Position numbers and translations under genes: made by a program
In this document: piece by piece, positions 11,676-25,158 of the stretch
Position numbering within the stretch: position 1 is the stretch's first letter
Layout: every line of letters starts with the position of its first letter
Assembly (NCBI RefSeq): GCF_963921235.1
Contig: NC_086108.1
Location: 13,702,001 to 13,766,000 of the forward strand
DNA from: Mobula hypostoma
Lineage: Eukaryota
Length of the DNA stretch: 64,000 nt
Direction: 5' to 3'
Notes under the pieces: model-generated
Databases searched by the model: none
What the model was told of the DNA's origin: nothing
What the model saw: the letters and a program-made list of their open reading frames with translations, nothing else

Positions 11676-14479
11676 CCAAGCCCCTTTGTATCTCAGTCTT
11701 CTGAGATTTTCTCCCTGTTTAGAAAACAGTCTGCACATTTATTTCTACTGCCAAAGTGCATGACCATGCATTTTCCAACATTGTATTTCAATTACCACTC
11801 TCTTGCCCAATCTACTAAACTAAGTCCTTCTGCAGCCTACCTGTTTCATCAACACTACCTGCCCCTCCACTATCTTCATATTATCTGCAAACTTGGCAAC
11901 AAAGCCATCAATTTCATCATCTAAATCATTGATATACAGCATAAAAAGAAGTGGTCCCAACACCAACCCCAGCAGAACACCACTAGTCACTGACAGCCAA
12001 CCAGGAAAGGAACCTTTTGTTCCCACTGGCTGCCTCCTATCAATTAGCCAATGTTCTAACCATGCCAGTAACTTTCCTGTAATGCCATGGGCTCTTAACT
12101 TGGTAAGCAGCCTCATGTATGTCACTTTGTCAAAGGCCTTCTGAAAGTCCAAATATACAACATCCACTGCATCCCCTCATCCATACCACATTTCTTCAAA
12201 CTCCTAAAGAAATATAACCACAAGTCATGCCTTCTTCATAATTGCATCAATATGTTGGGCCTAGGATAGAACTTCTGAGAAGTTGACACTCAACTTGAAG
12301 CTGCTCACCCTTACCATTGCTAACTCCTCAATGAATACTGTTGTGTGTACTCCTTCCTAACAAGAGAAATCAGGTAGACTCTCGCCTCCAGTCCCAACAC
12401 CTTACCTTTCCAGTCTATCTGGGCTGATATTTAAATTGTCCAAAAAAGTAGAACATGCCTCGCATTAGGACCCAGGCCCTGACGCAGCAAACACCCTGGG
12501 CCTAGACCACGCCATCCAGCCCGAAGCTGTCCTTGACCTCTCTGAATCAGCTCTATGCTGAGAGCAATCCAACCTTGCACCTGGATTAATTAGGCGGGCA
12601 TCTAAACTCCTCTGCCTGGATAACTTCTCTCTGAATTGCTCGCTCCAACTCCATCTGTGTCGATTTTGCAATGCAGAAGCACGGCTCATCCCTCAAATTC
12701 GCTCACCTCTTCATTATTTGTGGTGATAGTTTACCAAAATTCACTTCAGAAAATGTCACTAGTAATGTTTTTAGTTGAATCTCTTACCTTTCGAGATACC
12801 AGTACGCTGTTGCTCACCTTTAGTAGCACCATTTTAAACCAGAGGTTTTCCATGATTCTATTATCTATTACCTTTGTACACTTCTGTCAAATCTCCCCTC
12901 ATTTTCATACACTCCAGGGAATCTTAAGCAACACACACCAAATAGTAGTGGAACTCAGCTGAAACATTTATAGAGGGAAATGAAGAGTCAACATTTGGGC
13001 CAAGACTTATCATCACAACAGGACGATCAAGACCTTAAACCCACTAAGTTATGGTCTTCTGACAGCAGTAATTTCCATCTTCTTGAGACATGGATAATGT
13101 CTGGCAAGAATCTCAAGTCATTAGGTATCGTGCTCCATTGTTTGTCATCTATATTTAAAAAAAAAATTTGCAATATACTGTGCTGCTGTAAAATACAAAT
13201 TTTCATGGTATTTATATATTGCAAATGTATACCCATGACAGTAAACTTCAACTTGATCATGAGGCAGTGATAAGATCACGGTCTTTTCCACATGGTGTAC
13301 GAATCTAAAATAAAGAGACAGGTTTAAAGGCAAAAGGGGAAGATTTCTCACATAGTGCTGAGAATGTGGTAAAGGTGACTAAAATTACAATATTTAAAAG
13401 ATATTTGGATAGGTACATTGATTGGAAAGGCTTAGAGGAATGTGGGTTAAATGCAGGCAAATGGGACGAGCTTAGGTAGTCAACTTTGTCGGCAAAGACA
13501 AATTACGCTGCAGAGCCCGTTTCCATGCTGTATGTCTGTAAATCCACTGAGAGAATCCTGTAAGGGAATGGACATCAGCGTCCTCTCCCAGGCCCAATAT
13601 TTCCACCATTAATGCCTCTAGTTACACTAATTTAGCAATTTTGGTCAGACCACATGGCCCATAGCACTCTCCTGAAACAGATTTAATATTTTCACTCTGT
13701 CCATACATTAAGGATAAGAATCAAGGAGGTTACCTTAAATCCTTTAAGAAAATGATCCTTTAGAATGGACTGGTGTTCAGCTCACTGCGCAGTGAGGTTT
13801 ACTCGTCTCTGCACTGAACTGAGGCCGTGGCCGGTAACGAACAGGCCCCTGGTCCGGCTGCAGTGATGACTGGTTGCGTAGCTGTGAACTCACTTTTGTG
13901 AACTTCAGTTCTGAATGTTATTTGTTTATTTTTTATTGTTTGCATCATTTCTTTTTTTGCACCTCGAGTGGTGGTCTTTTTTAAATGGGTTTTACGGAAT
14001 TTCTTTGTTTTGTGGCTGCCTCTAAGGAAATGAATCTCAAGCTTGTATATAGTATATGTACAAATGGTATAATAATTGTACTTTGAACTTTTGGACTTCG
14101 AAATCCCACTGACTACTGTGAATCTCTGATTCATGAGAAGCAGCATTCAAGATGATATGGAGAAAATCATCCATATGTTGGGAATATACAGAAACCTCAA
14201 GGTGGAAGGAGTTCACTGCCTCACAAACTATCCACCAGGCACCTCCTGTTTAAACATTGTGATTGTACCCACCTCCACTACTTCCTCTGGGAACCGTGTA
14301 AAAATATTTGCTCCTCAGGTTCTTACTAAATCTTCCACCTCTAACTTTAAAACTATATCCTCTCATCTTCAGTTCCCCAACCCTGGAAAAAAAGGACTGC
14401 TCACCATATTTATGCCCCACATTATTTTGTATACTTCTACGTCTCAATTTCCTGTGCTTTTGTCTAACCTTTCCCGATA

Positions 14480-17400
14480 ACTCGGTCCCTTAAGTCCTGA
14501 CAAGCTGATAACAAGCTGGCCAAAACTGAATGCAATACTACAAGCGTAGCTTCATGAACATCTTGTACAACATCACAATTATAACCACAACATCACCTCC
14601 TAACTTATATATTTAATGCCTAATGCCAAAAGCCTGTACTCCAAGGTCCCTCGGTCTGCAACAGTACCCGGGACCCTTCTGTTCAATGTTATAGTCTACT
14701 CTACCTTGATTTATCTTTCTAAAAATGTAACACTTAATTTGAATTAAGTTCCATTTGCCATTCTGCAGCCCACCTACCCAGCTAATTAAGATCTAACTGC
14801 ATTTCCTGATAATCCTCTTCACTGTCAATACCACATATTAGTGCCAACTGAAAATTCACTGTTTCCATTTATTTTAATACAAATCATTAATACACAACAG
14901 GCCCAGCAATGACCCCCGGGTATACTAGAAGTCACATACCTCTAATTTGACTTAAAAAAAAATTCTTCCACCATCATACTCTGTTTCCTACCATCCACCC
15001 AATTTTATATCCAGTTTGCCAGCTCTCCTTGGATGATATGCAATCTAACCTTCCAGAACAGCCTATCAGGCGGAACCTTATCAATAGCCACACTGAAATC
15101 CATATATATCTATTACCCTCCCCTCATCAACCTTCCATGCCATCTCAAAACACTCAATCAAATTCATAAGACAAGATAAGCCTAAATTCCACCCTGCCTT
15201 TCCAAATTTAAGTACATCTTATCCCTCAGAATGCTTTCCAACATTTTACCTAACACAACTGTTAGGCTGACAGCTCTATAATTACCTGGTCTATCTTTAC
15301 AGCTCTTCTTAAATAATGGCACAATACTTGCTATTCTCCAGTCTTCTGGCACCTCACCAGATGAGAGGGAATTTGCAAATACCTCGGTAGGTCTCCTGCT
15401 GTTTCTTCCCTAGCTTCCCGTAATCTTGTCTAGCTTTATACATCATAACACATGGAACTCTCTTCTATGGTAACATGTAGTGCTCCCAAAGCATCACCAT
15501 TAACTCTGCCAGGTTCCCAAGTCTTCACATCTTTCTCCATGGTAAAAAAAAAGAGAGATTAGATTAGGTTATGAGGACACTCAGTCCTTGTTTATTGTCA
15601 TTTAGAAATGCATGCATTAAATGATACAATATTCCTCCAGAATGATATCACATAAAAAAAGGACAAACCAAAGACTAACACTGACAAGACCACATAATTA
15701 TAACATATGGTTACAGCAGTGCAAAGCAATACCATAATTTGATAAAGAGCAGACCATGGGCATGGTGAAAAAAAGTCTCAAAGTTCCAATCGACTCCCGA
15801 TAGCAGGCGGCAAAAGGGAGAAACTCTTCCTACCGTAAACCTCCAGGTGCCGACAACTGCCTATGCATTGGAAGCACCCGACCACAGCCGACTCTGAGAA
15901 ATAATACTGAGAACTCTGCCATCTCCAGTTGCTCCAGGATTTCCAAATTGGTCTTTGAGGGACCCTATTCTCTCCCTAATCATTTTATCACCTTAATATA
16001 CTTTAATATCCTTGGAATTCTCTGCTAAAGCCATGTCATGCCCCCTTTGGCCTAATTTCCTTCTCGGGTGTATTCTGACATCCTCTATGCCTCCAGTGAT
16101 TGATCCCAGCCATCCATTTCTAAACCTAAGCCTCCTTTTTCTTGACAGGAGTTACAAAATCTATTGGCATCCAGGGTTCCCAGCAGTTTTGCCTTTTATG
16201 TAGTCCTTGAATTATTGCTATCTCACTTAAAAGCCTCACATTTATCAGAGGTCCCTTTGCCTGCAAACTTTGCAAGCTCCTATCCAATGCTGTCAAAATT
16301 TACCTTGTCCCAATTCAGAATTTGAATCTGCAGACCAGTTCTGTGCCTTTCCATAACCATTTATAAAATCATGGAACTATGGACGCTGGATGTCAAATGC
16401 TCCACTACTTTGGCCTCAGTCACTTGACCTTCTTTCTTCCCCAGCAGTACATTTAACTTTGCTCCGTCCGTGGAACCTTCTGCCTTCTGCCTGAGGAAAT
16501 TTCCCTGAACACACTGAACAAGTTCTATTCCAGATAGACCTTTAATACAATGACACTATTATAGAAGTTAAAATCTCACAATGATAAACCTATTCTTCTC
16601 ACAACTCTACCCAATTTCCCTGCACATTCATTCCTCTAATTCCCAAGGACTACTTGGGGAAAGAGGGGTGAAAAAGGTGATCATTTTTCAGTCCCATCCA
16701 TAAACCCTCACCAGATAATCTTTCAGTAACATCATCTTTAACTACTGTCATGATGTTTCTCTTCTTCAAAAATAAATCTCCCTTGTTTCCTCCATTTTGT
16801 CAAAAGCACCTGTGTCCCATAACATTAAACTACACCCGCCCTTCCATCAGCCATATCTCCAATAATAGCTCTAAAACCCTAGTCAAATACCTATCCATTT
16901 CCTAAATTCATCCATCTTTCCTACCAGACCTCTTGCACTGAAGTACATTCAATTTAATCCCAACTTTACCATGCTCTTTCCCGTCCTGCCAGCTCAATTT
17001 GCTTTTGCTCCTTTTTCTATCACTATCCTGCCTGTCAATTATCTCATTTAAACCCTTCCTAGTGGTACAAGAAAATCCGCTCATTAGGATATTTGTCTCC
17101 CTTCTGTTTAGGTGTAACCCATTCCTCTCATACAGGTCAACCCTGCCCAAAATGAAATCCCAATGGCCCAAAAATACGAATTCCTGCCCTTTGCGCAAAT
17201 TCTTCAGCTGTCTTGTGAGGGTAAAAATTCCTTCCCTCAGAATCCCATGGTATAGGGTGCAATCTGGATCTTACCTCCCTGGAGGTATTGCTTCTTAACT
17301 TCTTCCCTAACACCCTATATTCATTCCACAGGACCTCATCCTTATTTCTACTCAAGTCATTTGTGCCAATTTGCACAATAATTTACGGTAGCACACTCTC

Positions 17401-17540
17401 CTCTTTGAGAATGTGCTGCAATAATATTCAAACAGAACACTTGTTTTTGAGAATGGCCATAGGAGAATCCTGCACTCTCTGTCTACTTGCTCTTCCTAGT
17501 GGTCACCCAACTACTTCCAGCCTGAACTTCAACAGTAACC
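14480..17540 (-). mobile_element. Long, degraded CR1 (ORF1 esterase to RT)
   Basis: QIGTNDL and DLYERNGLHLNR ORF1 text (16908-17376); degraded RT downstream. Confidence 0.65.
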
Positions 17541-17554
17541 ACTTTATAACTTTA

Positions 17555-18225
17555 TAACCATATAACAATTACAGCACGGACACAGGCCATCTCGGCCCTT
17601 CTAGTTCGTGCCGAACTCTTACTCTCACCTAGTCCCACTGACTTACACTCAGCCCATAACTCTCCATTCCTTTCCTGTCCATACATCTATCCAATTTAAC
17701 TTTAAACAACAACATCGAACCTGCCTCAACCACTTCTGCTGGAAGCTCATTCCACACAGCTACCACTCTCTGAGTAAATAAGTTCCCCCTCATGTTACCC
17801 CTAAACTTTTGTCCTTTAACTCTCAACTCTTGTCCTCTTGTTTGAATCTTTCCCACCCTCAATAGAAAAAGCCTATCCACATCAACTCTATCAATCCCCC
17901 TCATAATTTTAAACACCTCTATCAAGTCCCCCCTCTACCTTCTACGCTCCAAAGAATAAAGACCTAACTTGTTCAACCTTTCTCTGTAACTTAGGAGATG
18001 AAACCCAGGCAACATTTTAGTAAACCTCCTTTGTACTCTCAATTTTATTGACATCTTTCCTATAATTCGGTGACCAGAACTGTACACAATACTCCAGATT
18101 TGGCCTTACCAATGCCCTATACAATTTCAACATTACATCCCAACTCCTATACTCAATGCTCTGATTAATAAAGGCCAGCATACCAAAAGCTTTCACCACC
18201 ACCCTATCCACATGAGATTCCATTT
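17555..18225 (-). mobile_element. CR1 3' end
   Basis: LYRALVRPNLEYCVQFWSP; MIEVFKIMRGIDRVD...FTQRVVAVWNELP. Confidence 0.85.
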
Positions 18226-18853
18226 TGAACTTTGCCATCAGATTTCTGAAAGATCAATGAACACTACTTCATATTTGTCGTCTTTTTGTCACTTCTAATA
18301 ATTTTTGTTTCAAACTGTCCACCTGCTACAAAACAAAAAAAAACTTCACAATACATCAGTGACAAAGACCTGATTCTGAAATCTAACAAAAATTTTCAGC
18401 CTTACATCCGCAAGGGCAAGACAAGTTGATACAGGATTCCTTACCAACATATAATGGTTCCACAACCCGCACCCACAGTTTTCTGAAGATGAAGATTGAA
18501 ACGTGAACTCATCATCTCAGTAATGGCAAAGCAGAAGATGTTTGCTGACAAGACTTCTAAAGCAGGTTTCCCAACACAACCCCATTTCCCGCAGCTTCCA
18601 GCTGAGAGACTAGGGTAGCAGTAGGTACAAGCAGTGCAGAGAGACTTAGAGCTTTATGATACGACTTCCTGCAATAGTCTCCTTATTGACTGAGGAAAAT
18701 ACTTGTTCAGTTATTATGGTGATGAGCATATGAAAACAAATCTTGAAATTGATGACTGTTCAAAAACAGGCTCCCTTCAGTGTTAGAAAAACTTCAAAGC
18801 AAGTTCGGAAATGCAATGCCTTAGAAGTCTCAGAAGTCAAAGACATTGACACA

Positions 18854-19011
18854 CAGAATGCAGGAGGAACTCAGCAGGCCAAGCAGCCTCTATAGAAAAA
18901 AAGTAAATGACTATTTACACTTTTCTATTGATGCTGCCTGGCTTGCTGACTTCCTCCGGTACTTTGTGCATGTTGCTTGGGTTTCCAGCATCTGCAGATT
19001 TTCTTGTGTTT
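18854..19011. mobile_element. Penelope-derived fold-back mini-element with deleted centre
   Basis: Same arm sequence (GGAACTCAGCAGGCC / GCTGCCTGGC..GCTGA); 9-bp TSD ATTGACACA (18845-18853, 19012-19020). Confidence 0.65.
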
Positions 19012-20323
19012 ATTGACACATGAAGATGTGCATTGTCTGCCTTAATTCAAATATACTGTTTTTATTTATTGTGTGTGTGTTTTGAATTGGTGAATTAGCT
19101 GCATCAAACAGAGTCAGAGCACAGAAAAAGGCCCTTTGGCCCATCATGTCCAGACCAGCCATCAAGTACACACCTGTGTCTATATTTTGGCATTTCAATG
19201 TTGATCTGAAAGGTTCTTGTGAGAGAAACTCCCTTGGGCAGCAAGTTCCAAGTTATTTTCAACCTCTGAGTGAAAAAAACTGTCAGGTCTCCCCTACATT
19301 TACTCCATCTTACTTTAGACCTTTGCTATCTAACCACAGACCCCTTCGCTGAGGGGTCAGGTTTCTCACGACCTATCCTTACAATTCTGTACACCTGAAT
19401 CAGCTTTTTCCTCCCCAAGTAAAACCCCCAACCTATCGAGTCTCTCCTTGAAACAAAAATACCCCATCCCCAGTGAGTGCCCCCTGCACCTCTACAGTGC
19501 AATCACATCTTTCTTTCACTCTTTATTTCTCTCTCCGAAGCTCAGAAAATATGAAAAAAACACCTTTTCAGATGTGTTCTGTGTCTGATCATCATCTTGG
19601 GTTTTGTCAGCAGTGACATACATAAAAGCAATAAATTGAAACTGCTGATACCTCGTATGTTTAAATCAGGCAGTTGTTCTCTTTGTAACAACTGATGTGT
19701 ATACCTACTATATAAAGACACCAATACAGAAGGTACAGTAATGATCTCCAAGTTCCTTGATTAGGTTGTAGAGAAAACACAGATGAGAAAGATCTCCCAG
19801 CATCTTCTAACAAACATTTAAAACCAATGTATGTCCTTGTAATTGATAAAGCCATTTTGATGGTATGTGATTTTATTCAATGTACGAGTGAGATCAATTT
19901 CTACACAGTTACAGCACAATGTTATCTTTCACTCAGCCCCGTTGCTCCGATCCACACCGGCCTGTGGACAGACAGATTTCAGAAGGTCATTCTCTCTGTG
20001 GATGATTTTGCTACTGCATTTTTCAAAATTTCCAATCTTAAAATGATTCAGAAAACAAAATTAACATTTATTATTCGTCTTCAGATGTTAGAATGCACAT
20101 TCCAAAGGGCTTCTTCAGTTCAACATCTGTCATTGGTAAATGTAGTTTAATCGTGCCAAATACTAAAGGCCTATCATATCATAGTAATTACAACATAAAG
20201 ACAGACCAATATCCAGAATAACTGGCAATAAATTGCAGGCCTCAGAGAAAGTGCATTCCAGGAACTCTCAGAATTTGGTGCAATGAGCACAGATCACTCA
20301 CGCCACATTACATTCAGTCAATT

Positions 20324-20478
20324 TTAGAGCCACCAGAATCGTACATAAACTATTAGCATTACTGCAAAAACGGCGACGGCTGCCAGCTTAGCATATGTCG
20401 AACGCATGTTCAAGTACTTGGCATCTTGTCGGTACTTCTTCGACAAGCTAGAAAGACCGCTGGCCTTACTGTCCAAAG
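20324..20478 (-). CDS. SEC22B: SEC22B exon 5 (coding part, C-terminal TM anchor and stop)
   Basis: ttacag|CTTTGGAC; encodes (A)[50 protein letters not shown]; total CDS 648 nt. Confidence 0.97.
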
Positions 20479-20610
20479 CTGTAAAAACATAGAATGAAAA
20501 AGAATTATTCCAAATGTAGAAGCTGGATAGTAGCAACTGGGACTGGTGGGTTGAGGGTGAAGCAAATACCTGAACCATCAATTCTACAACTCAGACCCCA
20601 AGACCGTCCA

Positions 20611-20911
20611 TAGGCATCCGTTAGTCTCATGAGACCATGGATTTGCGCCTTGGAAGGTTTCCAGGGCTCAGGCCTGGGTAAGGTTGTATGGAAGACCGGC
20701 AGTTGCCCATGCTGCAAGTCTCCCCTCTCCATGTCACCGATGTTGTCCAAGGGAAGGGCACTAGGGCCGATACAGTTTGGCACCGGTGTCGTCGCAGAGC
20801 AATGTGTGGTTAAGTGCCTTGCTCAAGGACACAACACGCTGCCTCAGCTGAGGCTCGAACTAGCGACCTTCAGATCACTAGACCAATGCCTTAACCACTT
20901 GGCCACGTGCC
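20611..20911 (-). mobile_element. tRNA-derived SINE with CORE-like segment
   Basis: A box TGGCCAAGTGG (20905-20895), B box GTTCGAGCC (20860-20852), then GTGTCCTTGAGCAAGGCACTTAA. Confidence 0.75.
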
Positions 20912-21839
20912 AACACAAGGCCATCCAATGGTGTAAAAAGGCTGTGTATGGTTTTATCAATTCTACCTTGAAATCTAATCTACAGCAATATACTTGTAAG
21001 CTCAACTTTCCTATGCTTGCTTGTAGCTTTATATAATAACCTATATACATAAAACTGTTCAGCAACTTCCCCAGTAATTATAGTACTGTTGCTTCTCTAT
21101 TTTCCTAGAAACTTTTAATTTTCAGGAACAGATGTCATGCTACTTGTATCTGGTTGTTTTATAAGTTAATTATTATCACTGCAATTTTCGTTATCTCTAG
21201 TTTGAGTATGAGATGACCATGACTGCTCTTTTCTTTGTTTTCTTGGCTTCTCTTTTTTGTGTGTTTTCCACTCTGTAACCTTCAATAAAGCATTCATAAG
21301 CAATCAGTTTTATGCCTCATTCTTGACTTCCGAAGAACTTTGTATCACAAAACCATTAGGATTCAACAACATGTACTTCCTCTTTATGTTAGAGCTCCCA
21401 AAGCCCAGCACCTCACACTTGTCTGCATTAAACTCCATCTTCCATCACAATTAATGAAACAAAGACAGTTTGAGCAAAGATAGTAAGCAACAAAGGTCAA
21501 GAAAAAATGCCGTATAGATTTAACTGAGGAACAAAAAAGTCAGACCGAAGGTCAATGACTTGAAAATTAAATTCTTCAAATATTGCCTGATCTGCAGAGT
21601 GTTTCCAGCACTTCCTGTTTTGAAAAAAAAGTGGCACATTGTCTAAGTTCAAGGGAGGCACAAGAGTGTGTAATATTATGAGAGGTGCACAATAATAAAT
21701 TTCAGCTACTTTAACAATAAATGGAAAAGGTACAAGAATGTAGGACCAGAATTGTTTGTAAAAGAAAACGTAAGCTGAAAGTAATAAAATAGTTGTGGTA
21801 AAAGCTAGCATTGGTCCACAAGTTAAAATCCTACATTGG

Positions 21840-23760
21840 AGCTAGACTAATTTTAATGGCATTAAATGAGAATTTGCAAAGGTTGATTGGCAGAGGCTGT
21901 TAGTAGCTACAGGGACATCTGGCAATGGGAGGAGGGGGTGGAGGGCTTTTATATGTCAGGCAAGGAGAGTTCAGAACTTACATGTTCCTGTCATAGAGTG
22001 CAGGACAAGGGTGGCAGGAATAAGAAAACCGTGGCTACCTGGGAATATTGAGGCTCTGGTCAGAGACAGGCAGTGGGAATCAAGCAAATCTCTTCAAGAG
22101 TATAACAGGTATAGGAACACACTTATAAAGGAAATTAGAAGGGAAAAACGGGACACAAGATATTCCTGACAAATAAGGTAAAGGAGAAGCTTAAGTGTTT
22201 CCATTTTTTGTGTGTGAAACCATGAAGCATATATGAAGTGCATGTGCAATCTTTGCTTCTCCCAGGGCAGGCGACAGGGCATAAGTTTAAGGTAAGCGTT
22301 GAAAGATTGAAATGGGACTTGAAGCAAACTCTTAAACCAGAGGGAGGTCGGTATATTGAATGAGCTTCCGGAGACAATGGTTGATGCAGGTACAGTAAGA
22401 GAATTTAAAAACATTAAATAGATAGGAGGGGTTTAGAAAGATATGGGCAAATAGGTGGGAACTAAAATCAGCATGGATGAGTTGGGCTGAAGAGTCTATT
22501 TCCACGTAGTATTACTCTATGACTCTACAACTAAGTAGATTAAGAACAAGTGGGTAATTGCAGAGGGAAAAAGCCTCCCTTAGGAATCAATGTGGCCACC
22601 TATATGTACATCCTTGAGAGTTGGGCGAGGTCCTAAATGAGTACTTCTTGTCTGCATTTACCAGGGAGAAGGTCATGGAAGGGAGGGAATTTAGGGAAAA
22701 GTACTGTGATGTCCTGAAACAGGTCAATGTGATAAAAGAGAAAGTGTTGGCTGTTTTGAGGCATATAAAAGTAGATAAATCCCAGGTGCTGAAAGAATAG
22801 CTTAGGATGTAGGAAGCAAGGGAAGAAATTCCCGCGGCACTGTTCACAGATTTTTTTTAAATCTTCTTTGCCATGGGTGTGGTACTGGAAGGCTGGATGA
22901 TGGACAATTGGCTTTCATTTAAGAAGGGTGCAAGGACATGCCCAGCCGATAAGCTTAAAATCAGTGATGGAAAAGTTACTGAAGGAGTACTGTATTGAGA
23001 GGTAGGATCTACTTGCATTTGAAAAGGACTGATTAGGGATTACCATCATGGCTTTGTGTATTTTTTTTTAAAAAGAGGTTACTGTTAAGGAATAGATATC
23101 ACACTTCAAGTTTTTTTCTCGTGTCATGACTGATTTCTTACCCATTATTTTATACCTGTGGCTCCTAGTCCTCTGTTCCTTCACCAATAGAAAACAAACT
23201 CCCACTATTCACTCCATCCAGACTTCCATCATTTTCTATAATTCTATCTTATCTCCCTCAACGATCTCCAGAGAAACCAGCCCCAACCTCTCCAATCTGT
23301 CCTTCTAATTGTAGTCCAACATCCCACAAGCTATTTTAGTAAACTTCCGCCGCACATTTCACACAATGAAGCAACCAGAATTGAAAACAGTACTCCAGCT
23401 GTATTTGGACTAAGTGGTTATTTGGAAGTTCAGCACAATCTTCTTGCTTTTATACAAAATGTCTGTGTGGATAGAGCCCAGAACCATGTATGCCTGCATT
23501 CTCAATCTTACCCACCATTTTGAATGATTTCTGTGACTATACCGCAAAGTCCCTCTCTTCTTCAACCTCTTTAGAACAGTACCCTTTATTCCAGAATGCT
23601 TCTCTTCAGTACTCTTACCACCTTAGATGTTTCAGTATCAAACTTCATCTGCCATTTGTCTGCCCATTCTACCAGTTTACTTTTCTGAAATATTTCGCTA
23701 TCCTCATACCGTCAAGTTTTGCTTCATCTGCAAATTTAGAAATTGCAGGTGATCCTGATC
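21840..23760. mobile_element. Cluster of degraded CR1 fragments on both strands
   Basis: Recognisable CR1 ORF2 and 3' tail text (VLNEYFLSAFT.E; TATGACTCTA tail). Confidence 0.55.
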
Positions 23761-25011
23761 AAATACATTTTCTTACAATGAACACTTGAATTAAATGTTT
23801 GTTTTGAAACAAATGCCTTCATTTAATGTGATCATCAAACTGTTGGGATTTAAAAAATTCAAAGCACATGGTCCATTCATGTCCTTTAGGGAGGGAAATC
23901 CCTATCCTTACTCAGTCTTCAATACTACTACAGAAAGGTCTTTAAAATTACAGCCAAATCCAGTACAACTGGGTGCTTTATGAAGGGCTCACTGTTTCAA
24001 TTAAAGGCCTGAGGTTGTGCAAGGACACAGAGGCAAAGAGATGGAATCTGAATAACCGATCAGACTGACCAAGACCTGTGGCTGAGGTCATTGTTACAGG
24101 TACACAGTAACTTGGGAGATTATCTTTGACTAACTTTTTGAAGGAGCCACCCAACACATCAGGATGAGGAGGAGCTTAGGAGACAATGGCGACTGCTTTG
24201 CTTGCATCTTCAGAAACAGCTCTATTTCCATCTTTAACATCTCTATTTTCCCCTTTCAGGGTTCTTCTGAAGACCCTGACCTGGAGTTACACATTGACTT
24301 CAGTTCTTTGCAGGAATGGGACCTGCCCTTGGGGTTTCACGACTGGCCGTTATTCGATATGCCTAGGATGTGGCCTAACAGCTTAGCTTGCCTTCGGAGA
24401 TCTGGGATCGCGTGGCTCTGGAGATGGGCAGACTGAAGGGTCAGTGTCTCTGCAGGAATCCGGGGAGTCATGGGAGATGGAAGATCGAAAGCAGCAAGCT
24501 GGCTGCGTGCCCAGAGACCAGAGTTCTTTGGGCACAGAGCTCGGAAAAAGCGATGCAACAGACTTTTAACATCATAAATCAGCGAGTTGTTTGTCATGTA
24601 TCCCCTCTTGCCCTGAAACAGGATAAGGTTATAAGGGAGAAAGCAAGCCTGTGGTGTGTTGAATTACCTGGTGAACAAGTAGTCTTTGGGGTACTGTAAG
24701 TCTGTGTCTTTGCTGATGCTTTGCTGCATGCTTGAGTGCTCGATGGGTGGGGGGGGTACTGATGCTTTTTTTTGCTGGTGGGGGAGGGGGGATTGTTGCT
24801 TTGCTGCTGCTTACATGTGGGAGGGGAGAGATGGGGGGTTTTGGGGTTCTAACATTTAATTGTTATTCATTCTTTGGGGGCACACCTCTGTTTTCCTGGA
24901 TGGTTGCAAAGAAAAAGCATTTCAGGATGTATATTGTATACATGTCTCTGACATTAAATGTACCTTTGAAACACATCCTAAATTGCTGTTGCTCAGACAC
25001 AGAAACTTTAC

Positions 25012-25158
25012 CTGAGAGTGCTTCTCCTCGCTGCAATACTTCTTCAATATTGGCCACCATTATTCTCTGCACATCTTGTAGCTCTGTGTTTATGGAGCCA
25101 AGGTTTCTCCGTGCTCTGCTATCAATATAGGATTTCTTTGTTTTCTGAATGTATGTGT
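25012..25158 (-). CDS. SEC22B: SEC22B exon 4
   Basis: ttcag|ACACATAC...TCAG|gtaaag; encodes (D)[48 protein letters not shown], including the NIE segment and R-SNARE Arg; 147 nt. Confidence 0.97.

Larger units (their letters stand above)
4199..12181 (-). mobile_element. 5'-truncated CR1 LINE split by the LTR element (4199-4974 and 11676-12181)
   Basis: RT text MDVVYLDFQKAFDKV...FVAKFAD (11820-12167); CR1 C-terminal SRTRGH...FFSQRVVNLWN (4259-4534); sequence is continuous across the CCAA TSD. Confidence 0.9.
3745..12350 (-). mobile_element. Rex1/Babar-like LINE 3' fragment (3745-4200 and 12182-12350) interrupted by CR1
   Basis: Rex1-type 3' end; text continues across the CR1 (…ggtgaCATA | CATAccacat…). 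Confidence 0.6.

Noticed and set aside
18380..18845. Apparently non-repetitive stretch, possible exon or conserved element
   Set aside because: No ORF, splice pattern or homology that I can recognise
19009..20072. SEC22B polyadenylation signal
   Set aside because: Several minus-strand AATAAA candidates (20072, 19877, 19527, ~19070, 19014); cannot choose without transcript data
20840..20911. Possible tRNA gene
   Set aside because: A and B boxes continue into a SINE body with no convincing cloverleaf or terminator; it is a SINE head
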